Positions 1 to 10,967 of a stretch of 64,000 nucleotides of DNA are shown here, piece after piece. Position numbers and translations under genes: made by a program. Source of the DNA: Selaginella moellendorffii (taxonomy: Eukaryota > Plantae > Lycopodiophyta). Position 1 is the stretch's first letter. Each line of letters starts with the position of its first letter. Location of the stretch: positions 3,315,908-3,379,907 of the forward strand of contig NW_003314269.1 of assembly GCF_000143415.4 (NCBI RefSeq), in the 5' to 3' direction. Under the pieces are notes generated by a model. The model was not told the DNA's origin and made no database searches. It saw only the letters and a list, made by a program, of their open reading frames with translations.

Positions 1-3000
1 CCTCGACACTAAAGGTTAGAGTTTGTAAATTCAACTGAATAATCTCTACTTACCATTTGCTCTGCGACCTATATGGACAATGTTAGAAATGGTAAAAGGT
101 TAGGAATGGATGTACTATTATTTACCTGATGGTTTGTCTTGTATGACCTTCCTCCGCTGCTCTTTGGCCACCTCAGGCTGGCCATTGTCGTCATCATCAT
201 CGTCGTCGTTATTATGATCGTCACCATTGTGAGGACTATCCAAGTCCTCTTCGTCCTCCTCTTCTTCGTCCTCCTCTTCTTTGTCCTCCTCTTCGTCCTT
301 CTGCTCTTCCTGCTCATTATCTTTCTCTGGCTCCTCATCCCCCTCCTGCATTTCTTCGATAGGCTGCTCAGGCTGGATGGCTTGTTCTTCCAGGACCATC
401 TTGGGAAAATCATCTGGCCGAGTCTCCATCTCAAAATACAAGACATCCATAGCCTGTTTTAGTGCGTGATCTAGGACTGTATCCTCACCCGACTGTCTTA
501 ACATGGTTTCTGCACGTTCTTGCACCCTTCGAAGACGACGAGATGAGAAAAACGTGGCCCTGACTTGAAAAGCATCCCTCATCCATTGTACCTCTCCATT
601 GAGATTGGGGAAGGGGAGTCCGCCATAGGAATCTGAGTCAGGAGGTGGTGACTGGCTGCTTTCACTCAGCCCTTGATCTGCAATGAATGGCATGAGCACA
701 CACGCCATAACCGCGAGGCATTACCTATCATCTTTTCGTTGCCCTTCTTCCTTTTCGAATCAAACGCCTCTGATCCCGACGATTGTCCAACGTGCTTTCG
801 CTTTTTATGACCACTGTCAGTTTGAGCTTGGCTGGTGCTTGCCTGTTTTGCCTTTGAAGAAGTGTCTCCTGCAAGGAATGGCATGAGACCACACGCCATT
901 GCAAATATAATTTGTACCTCCTTTTTTCCTATTGCTTGTCTATTTGTCCTTCTTCGACGCGCCACCAGTGCGCTTTTCAGTCCTCGTGTCTGAATATTCA
1001 CAACGATCTATAATCAAAATGGCGTGAAGCCTCATGTGACCTTACCTTGTGTAGGTTGTGAGCTCGGCCCAACATGGGTATCTTCAACAGTAGCTGTTAA
1101 CGCCATTTCAGCATCTGGGGGTGGCCATGCTCCTGCATACAGAGGTTGTGAGATAACATTTAAACTTAAAGTGCGTACTCACCAGGTTCACAGAGAAGAT
1201 ACTGTTTTTCTTTGGCAACTGTAATTATATGCTCCATTGAAGTCACCTCTTCAATGGAGTTTGTCACCGCAACACACGGGACACTCTTGAGTAGTGCGGC
1301 TCGAAAGAATAGTCCGCCGCAGTTGTACTCGACAACGCATTTGCCCTTGGAGTCGGAAGTAGGTGACCCACCCGCTATTGCGTTGAAGACCCAGCTGAGC
1401 ATTTCCCATGCTGCACCTGGAGCTTTCTTTGGATTCGAAAGCTCCATAGCCGTCTTCAGTTCCTCAGGCACGGGTAAATTCACCTCCCTCAGATCAATTC
1501 GATCGGCCTTGTCAAACGAAGCTGGGAAGTCACTCCAGTCCCACTCTGCTGCAGGACCAATAACAAGGGCAAGTGTGAAGATGCGGAAATTTGTCAGTAT
1601 CTTCTTCTTAGCCATTATCCCATGGATCTCCCGCATCTCCTTGCCTTTCAACCGAGCCTTCACCTTGTTCAAGGCCTTCTAGAACTTGTGATAGGATTCG
1701 GAGTCGTAGATCATATAGTGGACTGAAGATTCCACCTCCGCAAGTCCCACCATTAAGTCAATGATGGAGCTGACTTCGTCTGCATGAGTGATCTCCTCGT
1801 TTGTGAAGTCCATCACACAAAAGATGTTCTTGACCTGCTCATCTCCGCGGGAAACGATGCTCCTCCACCTTTGATCCTCATCCGAATTCACGTATACCCG
1901 GTAAGGTTCTCGATAGGCCTCTGCTGCGGGGTCGAGCTGTTTCTGAAGCCGGCGGTCGACATCCCTCTTAATGAAATTTGGATACTGATCCAACTTCTCA
2001 GCTTTACTTTTCGTGGCATCCCGCAGCAGATCGATGAACTTGGGGGCCCCCTTCACGTACTCGTCGATGTCTTCATTTGACAAGTCCAGCTCTTCCATCA
2101 TCTCTTGCGTGGTGTCGATGCTCACCCTCGCCACGGCCACTTGCTCGAAGATCCAATCCTTCAATAGCGCACGAGCTCTCAGAGTCGTGCACAAGTCCTC
2201 GTATGTCACAATATGGCCGGGAGTCATTTTGGTCTTGTTGAAGACTACCTCACCACGTAGAAGAGCATTAGCCACTGTCAGAAGGTCGTCGTTGTCTAGA
2301 GACCGCGAGAAACGCAAGGCGTTGAGCTTCAAATCATTGGGCTTCCGGCCGTCCTCCACACCCATTGAGTTTAGCAACTCCCCGTCATGGTACCTCCTTA
2401 GCACATCTACCCATTTGTCAAAAACAACTTTTGTCGCGAGTAGAATGTTATGGATGCTGAGTGTGTCATTGACCCCCAGTGTTTTCGAGAGAAGACTCGA
2501 GAATTCCTGCAATGGAAATGGCGTGAGGCCACATGCTATGCCACATGCAACGAGGCTTACCTGCCAGGCGCTAGTTGCTAGTGCACGTCCTTGTCCTGGT
2601 TTTTGTGGCTTCTTCAGTTGAACCCAGAGCTTCCGTGTTCGTGCCAATGTCTCGTGCAGACCCGATTTGTAGCACGTTTCTTGCTTGACATTTTGCGCGT
2701 GGGAGATGTATATGATAGATCGGAGGGGCGAGTTGCCTTTCATCAGGTGGACAACTCTTGTCTTGAAGACTTTCTTCACCTCCTCGCCCACCATAATATC
2801 CACAACTATCTGTTGCATCGCCAAGCTAGAATGCTGCTCGGAGACGGCATAGAACCGGATGTTCTGATCGTCCAACACCTTCCTATTGATCAAGTCTGGA
2901 AACCTCGTCTCGCCCTTCATTGTTTGGTAGTAGGGGATCACGTCTGCGATGTCGGGTGTTACTGGACTTGCCAGCATCTTCTGCTTCAGTTTCTCCACCC

Positions 3001-3760
3001 ACTCATCAGATACTAGCCTATGGTTGTATTTGCTTTTGATGTCGATATGGCTCACGTCGATTGTATATACTTTGTTGGAATAGTAACAAGTACTATTATC
3101 TGCGACGATTTTTGCTGCCTCTTCTTGCTCTTTCTGCTCTTTGCGGCTCTTCTTTTTGGTGGGTGTAGTGTTCGAACCCGAGGCAATGGCATCACCGAGT
3201 AGCTTCTTTTTTGGAGCAGCAGAGTCGGACGTCGGCTTGAGCTTGACCACCCTTTTCTGCTTCGGGGTAGTTTCCAGATCGACCCCCTTCCTTTTCGCTT
3301 CGCGAACTCGAGGCACTCTCAACGACTCAATGTTGGAATATAGTTTTTGAACATCACCGTAGGTGAGGTCCGTGGATTCCATGTGATCTTTATAGACCCG
3401 CAGCGTCTTTGAAATTGTGGGCCTCCTGGACAACCTCTCCCTAGCTCCCTCTAGGAATTCCTCATAGCCGCTGCCCCCCTCCGGGAAGCCGCTAGGATGT
3501 GCAAGGTGGATCTTGAAGGCGGACGCTGTCTCTACCACAAGTGCCAGTCCATATTCTTGCATGGAACTGCATGGAGTGTCTGTCACTTGGATGAGGATCC
3601 CTATGCATTCTTTTCTCCCACCATCTGTGTTGTACAGCCTCAGATCCTCGCCTTCCATCCCGAAAGTCCAACTAGTGAGCTCCTCCCCCTTCTCTGCATC
3701 CACATAGACAGTGGCTAGAAGAAGAACGCAATTCCTCGCCTGTTCAGAAATGCACAACAA
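1..3760 (-). pseudogene. Transposon accessory gene: ParB/Srx-like domain + degenerate N4/N6-MTase-like domain + basic and acidic disordered tail (>1100 aa, multi-exon, continues past the left edge); two in-frame TAG codons in this copy
   Basis: ORFs 1679-3760, 1166-1672, part of 666-1001 and 118-708 join in frame through GT-AG introns at 2507-2560, 1133-1182, ~990-1045, 869-917, 678-724, 69-125 and 9-53. Premature TAGs lie at 1679-1681 and 940-942. ParB-like motifs (~2680-3075): IDVSHID..NHRLVSDEWVEKLKQKM..FYAVSEQHSSLA..ISHAQN. MTase-like motifs (~1220-1900): VKNIFCVMDFT, NPKKAP..MLSWVF, GKCVVEYNCGGLFFRAALLKSVPCVAV. The 5' exons (~3760-4120) are uncertain. Confidence 0.7.
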
Positions 3761-4129
3761 TTAGAGCTGACAGATGAAAAGCTAGCAGCTGGAAATAACG
3801 TGAGGCCACACACCATTCACCACTGCATCAGATGTCTTGAGGCTACATCCTAAGATGGCGTGAGGTTACACGCCATCTGTAACCGGACTGCACTCGAGAG
3901 CCCAATCGGTGCATGCCAATGTTGCTACTGAATGGCATGTGGCCTCATACCATTTTCTACTTGGTCTAAAAGACTTACCATTTGAAGCCGAATGGAGGCC
4001 GTGACAATCGAGGCCGGACTCGCTGGCGAATGTGCACTGTGTGTGCAGCGGATCGTAGCAGCAAGGCTACTCTGCCACTTACAGTTGGAGAGTGGTGCTG
4101 AAATCTCCCGGGACGCCAAGTGGGCTGCG

Positions 4130-4470
4130 TGTGGGTGGCGGAGTGGGCGGCGGAGTTGGCGGCGAAGTTACAAACTGGGTGTGTCTTGAAGTGGACGCCG
4201 ATGCACACGAGCGCGATGCGAGCGTGATGCGAGCGCGAGTGTGATGCAAGCGCGAGTGGACGCCAATGCACACGAGAAACCTATAGAGAAGGTAGATGAG
4301 TGCGAATGTGAGCGTGATTGCGAGTGGGAGCGCGATGCGAGCGCGAGTACGAAGGAAAATGCAAAACCTAACCTCACACGTGCGAAATGTCACGACGGTT
4401 GGTAATCCCGCCACGTCATCATTCCTCAGACTTGGGCGCCACCATTAATTTCTGGATCGCCGCGCGCATG
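4130..4470 (-). promoter_or_regulatory. CpG-rich (GCGAGC/GCGATG microrepeat) probable promoter or 5' region of the accessory gene
   Basis: Dense CpG with repeated gcgagcgcga/gcgatgc units just upstream of the first splice donor (3977-3978). Mirrored at ~62690-63030. The function is inferred from position. Confidence 0.4.
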
Positions 4471-5563
4471 CATGCACGTGAAATCCAAAAGAAATCTGCA
4501 ACGTCATCATTCCTCGGACTGCATGCACTCTAAATCCAAAAGAAAGATCATGATTGGGATATCATTTAATACCCTCGCTATATTTATACCATGCATGATT
4601 GGATATTCCAAAGCATCTTGTATTTCCAAAAATGGCAGATGTTCAGCTAAATAAAGAAATTCTATCTGTTTCTATTTTTCTCTCAAATCAATATTATAGC
4701 GTGTGGGCTCATGCAATTTTGAACCAAAGAAACCCAAAAAACGTTGGACCCAAAATATTTTGAAAAAACCCAAAAAACCCTAAACATTTTAAACCCAAAA
4801 ATCCAGGCGTTCTGTGGCGTTATTCCTTGAATGGCGTGTGGGCGCATGCCATTTTCAGGGCCAAATGCTGAATGGAGAAAAATTCCCTTTCAGTGCAAAT
4901 GCTGCAAGAGGCAGATGCCGAGCACAAAGGACTGTAACTACCTCACATGACACAGATAAACTTTTCTTTATTTGGCAAAGATAAACTTTATAGCGTGTGG
5001 GCTCATGCAATTTTGAACCCAAAAAATGCACCAAAAAATTCTCGGCGTCATCTGGCGTTATCTCTTGAATGGCGTGGGGCCGCATGCCATTTTCAGGGGC
5101 ACATAGGAGTATATTCCTAGGATATTCTGACACGCGCGAGATTTTCTTGAGTTTTCTGGAGATCCAACCATTAGATCGCAACTAGATTTTACAGAATGGT
5201 ATACAATGTCTTTCTTGATGACCCTGCAAAGAAGCATCTTGATCAGACACCACATGAGACCACACGAGCCTTACAATGTTTCAGGGGCATTTGCCATAGA
5301 TCCGACCGTTATTTTGCTCCAAGATTTTACAGTTTGGTGTGCATTGACCTTTCCATCGAAACTGCAAAGGGACATCACAATCAGATGCGGGATCACAAGA
5401 AACTAACTTCACTAACTCTGGTTTCACCAAGATCTACGTAAGGAGTTATGAAATGAAAGGACCCTCTCTATTGAAATGTGTTTATGGTCCTAGGGGCATT
5501 GTGACATATCAAAGGATTTTGCATCAAGTTCTGTATTTGCATGTTTATCAAGCTACTGAATTG

Positions 5564-5597
5564 CTAAACCCTAAACCCTAAACCCTAAACCCTAAAC
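5564..5597 (-). repeat. Interstitial plant telomeric repeat (TTTAGGG)x~4.8 / telo-box array inside the transposon
   Basis: ctaaaccctaaaccctaaaccctaaaccctaaac; same length in copy B (61568-61601). Confidence 0.95.
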
Positions 5598-5988
5598 ATG
5601 TGGCAAATGCTGCGTGAAGAAAGATGCCCTTTCTGGGCAAATGCTGTAAGAGGCAGATGCCGAGCAAATGTATCTCAGGCTAGCAAAGGGGACAAACGAA
5701 AGCTAGCTATAAATATGACGGGATGCAAATAGATTACTAGGCTGGTCCTACGAAAATCAAAAACCATAATTGAAAACATTGAAAATGCAAAAAGAAAGGT
5801 TTATAATATTTTTGAATTTTAAGCAACCAAAGGAATGTAAGTAGGGCATGTGTTTGTAAGTTTAAAAATGCCTCAACCACTTAAATTCCCAAGTAAATAA
5901 AGCTGTTTCTATTTTTGGTACAGGTAAACTTTATAGCGTGTGGGCTCATGCAATTTTGAACCAAAAAATGCACCAAAAAATGCTCGAC

Positions 5989-6060
5989 TAGCATTATTCT
6001 TTGAATGGCGTGTGGCCTTATGTCGAGCATTATTCTTTGAATGGCGTGTGGCCTTATATT
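5989..6060 (+). repeat. 36-bp tandem duplication, each unit containing the palindrome
   Basis: agcattattctttgaatggcgtgtggccttat.. occurs twice. Confidence 0.85.
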
Positions 6061-6349
6061 GCCATAAATGGACGTACACACACAGCATAATTATTCCTTT
6101 ACACGGCAAATAATCTTGGCGCGGATCGCTGACATGGCATGGCAAAGTTCGAATCACTGACATGGCACAGCTGGATCGAGGCAAGGACATGATGTGACAA
6201 AGTTCAACCTCCGACAGCAAAGTCTAGAAGCTACTCAGTTTGAAATTTGTCAGAGGAGTCATAAGATCTGGTTTGTTAGAGGATTTGATGTGACGTTCAA
6301 GCGTGTGTTATTTTTGAATTCTCGAACTCATTCCTAGGTCTATCATTTT

Positions 6350-6600
6350 TGTGCGCCGTGTTCTTGGTTCCGCTGAGCGCAGTGAGCGCTGCTTGTGTAA
6401 GCGGCGTTGTGGGCTGTGGTTTATGCGTCTACGAGCGGTTGCGGCATTGCGAGCGCCATTGCGAGCGGCAGTTTATGCGAGTGGCAGTTTGTGCGAGCGG
6501 CGCTACGAGCAGTTGTGGTGTTGCGAGCAGCGCTACGAGTAGTTGCGGTGTTGCGAGCGGCACTGTCTTTGGTGTGGCTACCGCTTCCTCTTGATATTCG
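6350..6600 (+). promoter_or_regulatory. CpG-rich 5' region of the transposase gene with a 30-bp tandem repeat
   Basis: tgcgagcggcgctacgagcagttgyggtgt x~2.3 at 6492-6561. It is followed by probable 5'UTR introns (donor gtatgt 6618; acceptor tttcag at 6926, just before the ATG). Confidence 0.45.
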
Positions 6601-6927
6601 GCACTTGTGCTTCCTGGTATGTTCACCATGGAATGGCTTAGGACCACATTTAGAAATGGCATGAGGCCACATGCCATCTTAGGCCCTTGCAATTTCATGG
6701 CTAGCGTATTGTCATGTATGTTTTTACTTGCCTGCAGCTGTGTGTATATCAAGATGGCATGAGGGCTCATGCCAATTTTGTGAATGTGAAATTTCACATG
6801 GGTGTCAATAGCATGTTTGAATAATGGCATGTGGCCTCATGCTATTGAGGTTGTTTGGTATGTTATGATTTAGGCCATTCTCCAATCATTTTTTGTATGG
6901 TCTTAACTTCTTTTCTGCACTTTCAGA

Positions 6928-9900
6928 ATGGCCTTCAGGGTTGGGGAAAAGGTTTACATTTTGAATGGTGGGAAGAGAGTTGCAAAAGGGACCCTTGTGT
7001 CTATGGATCGGAACTTTGTTATACACTGTCAAAGGCTTGGGGAAGGCAATGCTGCTGTATCAATAGAGACTGTCTTCGATGGGAATGTGGTCGCTATTGA
7101 ACGAAGAGAGATGGTCGTCGGGGTAAATGTTGTTGTTGCCTTGAAAAATCTTCAGAAGAAAGCAGATGTTAGGGACAGCGCAAGTGCGACGCATGTTCCC
7201 TCCGTGGATCTTAAGAACCGTGCTACATGGATTCAGGCAAAGGTGTTTCTAAACAACCCCGAGGGGGAGGTGGTAGCTGAGGGCTTAGCCACAGTTGTCG
7301 ATCCAAGAGATGCGGTTGCTAATCAAGAATTGGGCTGGGATGATATTGGAGTTGCAATTTTAGAGGTTGTTGACACAGAAGAAAACAATCTGACTATTGG
7401 AAGCATTGTGCGGTGGAAATTGAGGCACTTAGTGTTTGAGAATGTGAAGGATTCACAATCAAACACCACTACAACTAATGACAGAGCATCTCTTTATGGG
7501 AAAAGAAAGTACACCTTCCTAAAGCGCAGCCAAAGGGATCTGAGCAACGAACCGAAAAGGCAGAAAATGGCGATGGAAGTTCGAATGGTCTCGACAGTTG
7601 CTTGTTGCAAGAGGAGGTGCTGTTAACATGCTGATTGGGATGCTATTGAAGAGGAGAGAGCAAGATACAAGACATTGTCCTGGAAGGCAGCTCGCAATTT
7701 TGTGTATGAGGCATTACGGTCATCTGTTGATGCTTCAGAACATCAGGTGGGGGGCATGGTCTTCCAGAGGGGTTTGGTCTGCATGAAGGCATGGAAAATC
7801 ATTTATGGAGTCCCTCGAACCACATTCTACAGAATCAAAACTGAGTTCGAGGAACAAAGGGTTCAACAGGTAGTCCATGGGAACGACGGTACGCACAAAA
7901 CCAAGGGTCATGTTGTATATGGAGAGGCAATCTTCAAGAGGTTTGTCGAGACATGTAGCGAGCAGCAACCACATAAAACCCGCCTCTTGGAAGATGGAAC
8001 AGGAGACACCCAACGAGTTCTCCCTTCCATGTATACCAAGGGGGCCATATTGGAAGATGTGAATCGGGAACTCCAGAGTAATGGCTACAGGAAGCTGAGC
8101 CAATCTAGATTTAGTAGATTGTGGAGCAACAGGTTCAGGGATGTGAGTATAGGAAAGTACTCCAGCTTTTCAAAGTGTGACGAGTGCACTACTATCAAAA
8201 TGGCTTTGTCGAAGAATTCTTGTAGCGCTCAAGAGCGAGAGACGTTGGTTAGAAGGTGGCTCGACCACAATATCAAGCAGAGAAGCTGCAGGACTGCATA
8301 TTATCATAACAGGATTCTCTCCATGGAGAGACCTGACTCTTACCTCTGCATCATCCACGACAAAATGGACCAGAAAAAGACGTGCTTACCTCGACTCAAT
8401 CCTGCCCCCAAGGCAATCTCTTCATCCATGCAGCTGCCTGTGTCTCTGTTTGGCATAATCGCTCATGGGCATGGTGCCCAGAACTATGGGAACTTCTTTG
8501 TACTTCTATGGGGTGGCGGGGGTGCAAACATGATGATTGTGTCCCTAGCAAAACACTTAAGGTCTCTGCAAAGTGCGCAGACTAAGCTGAACGGCCAACT
8601 CTTGCATAAGGCCCTTGTCGATCGAACCCCATACAGGGTTCAGCTAGAGGAGGAGCAAAGGCTTGCAGTATCGCGTGGGGCCCCATGCCATCCCAGTGAA
8701 TATGTTGGCCGTCAAATTGTAGGGTTATCATGTGAGGCCTCATGCCATTCCGACGAGGCTGGTCGCCCGGTGAATGCACAGCCTCATCCAAACGAAGCAG
8801 AATCTCAAGGAAGTTCTTGCAGCCGATGTGGCCTTCCACCCCATTTTCTGCTCCAAACAGACAATGCTGGCAGTGAGAACAAAAACATGTACGTCTTCGT
8901 GTACTTGGCGATGCTTGTTGCCAAAGGCATATTTGAAACGGTTACACTTGGCTTTCTCATGGTTGGGCACACTCATGAAGACGTCGATGCCATGTTCAGT
9001 CACCTGGCAGAGTCCCTCCGGCGATCCAATGTCCTCACCCTCCCACAACTCTACGATGAATTCCAAAATTGCATCAAAGGCACTGTTGAAGCTGCACTTC
9101 TGACAGAGGTTCCAGACTTTAAGGGGTTTGTAAGAGGCTACATCAGGGACGGATCCGAAACGCTGATTGGCCACTCCAAGCCTCTTCAGTTTCATTTCAG
9201 TATGTGTGACGGTGCTCCAGTGATGAGGTACAAGATGAGAGAATGGGACACAGTGTGGCTGCCAGTGGACGGCATTGAACTCTTCAAGAGAGATCCCATA
9301 ACTGGGGAACCTATGATTCCTCAGGGTTCCCCACGGCCGATGCACCCGGATGGACTCAAAGACCAAGAAAGTATAGTGGCCGGGATTAGACAGCATATTG
9401 CCTTCTGGAAGAGGGGGTTGGTGTATGGTGGAGAATCCTATTTTCAGAGGTGCAAGCCTTTGCTCGAATACTGGGAGAAGATTATATCTGCTATCCAAAA
9501 TGGGCCGGTTGTATATGAAGAATTGGAAGAGTCCTTTTGGCTAGAACCCAGAGCACCAGATAGTAGCAGAACAATGTCCTCTGGAAATGCAGTGACAGAT
9601 AACGATGTTGAGGATCACTATTGTGGGCCGAGGAACAAGAAGCCGGATTCAGCATTCAATCCAGTACAGGTCTGCAAAGGAATGGTCGTGTTTGTCAGAC
9701 CCAGTAATAAAAAACAAATGATATGGGTGGGGCGCTGCATCACTGATGCAGAGGAGGACGCGGAAACTAACTCCTTCAATGTAACTGTGGAGTGGTTCAA
9801 GCCAAGTTTCGGATATACGAAGGATTGCCTAGAAAAGAGATGGGTGCTGAATCCAAGGGATCCCAGCATGAGCATATCAGTGGATAATGTTGTGCATGGT

Positions 9901-10069
9901 TGGATGCGGAAGCAGAGTGCCACCATCACCTTGCCAGACCATGCAAGAGATGCAACAAGAGCATTCATAACCCGGGTTCAAGGTGAGATTCATTAATATT
10001 CCTTTACTAAGTTTCTAATGTATTTTATTTCAAGGTGAACAATCCGAATCTGAATCAGAGGAGGCGTGA
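6928..10069 (+). pseudogene. Sola1-like DDD transposase, copy A, interrupted by one nonsense codon
   Basis: ORFs 6928-7626 and 7675-9996 are in frame, separated by TAA at 7624-7626 (CAA in copy B). Probable catalytic motifs: IIHDKMDQ, LQTDNAGSENKN, FLMVGHTHEDVD. A probable terminal intron 9983-10034 gives the C-terminus GEQSESESEEA*. Confidence 0.85.
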
Positions 10070-10607
10070 TGGCATGTGGCCTTATGCCATTCCTAGGTGA
10101 GATGATACAAATAACAAGTATAAATTCTTAGTTGTTCTAGCAAATCTTACTTAAAGTTCAAGGTGAATAAGCCGAATATGAATTCATCGGATTGTTCTAA
10201 CAAATTGCGAGGTGATGGCATGAGGCGATACGCCATTTGAGAGTGGTAGCCATTCCTATATGAGGTGAGTGAAATATTTATTAGAAATACCTCATTCAAT
10301 TGTGCACTTCTAAGTCTTAGTCCACTCAGTACTGTTTGCATGTTTCTATTTTAATTCTTTCTCTAAAATGTTATTTAGCATGTGGCTTCATGCCATTGCT
10401 CTCCACAATCATGCATTGAATTTTTCTATCCTTGCATAATACTTCTCCATATATATAGCATGTGCGCACATGTGATATGGTTCATTAGGCCTGATATAGT
10501 GTGTGAGGTAAAACAAAGATGATGTGATATATGCATTTACCAATCACACGTGCATAAATCTAATAATATGGCGTGTGGCCCATATTAATGGCACATAAAC
10601 CCATATT

Positions 10608-10967
10608 GTGGGCTTACGTGCTTTATGTACCATCATTCCCTTGCAACGAGTGTGTTGGTTTCCTTTTATAACACAACGAACTCCATATTTTAGGGTGAAA
10701 AGCGTTCTCATGGCAAGCACAAAATCTGTAAGTGAGGCAGAAAAGGAGACGGAGAAGGAGATAGGTGAAGATGTAGAATATATAAGTCTTCCAAACTCCC
10801 CGTACTATACTCCAGGTGATCATTTTTCTGAACAAACGGCAACATTAACAACTATCGAGAACGCCCCAGTAACGTCAGAGACAACAATCCAAAGCAAAAC
10901 AACTGACCCGGAGAAGGATGATAGTACCGCTGAGAGTACCAAAAAGGAGGTGTCCACTAGCGCTTAG
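10608..10967 (+). CDS. Small acidic Ser/Thr-rich ORF or exon in the transposon subterminal region (ATG at 10710 gives 85 aa)
   Basis: The 119-codon frame has identical protein sequence in both copies. The three substitutions I could see are all synonymous. No recognisable domain. Confidence 0.35.
   Translation: MGLRALCTIIPLQRVCWFPFITQRTPYFRVKSVLMASTKSVSEAEKETEKEIGEDVEYISLPNSPYYTPGDHFSEQTATLTTIENAPVTSETTIQSKTTDPEKDDSTAESTKKEVSTSA

Noticed and set aside
5564-5597. True chromosome end
   Set aside because: Only 34 bp, internal, and duplicated as part of the transposon.
6349-6830. Several overlapping small ORFs conserved in both copies
   Set aside because: They arise from GC-rich 30-bp repeats and palindromes in the presumed 5'UTR; conservation just reflects recent duplication.
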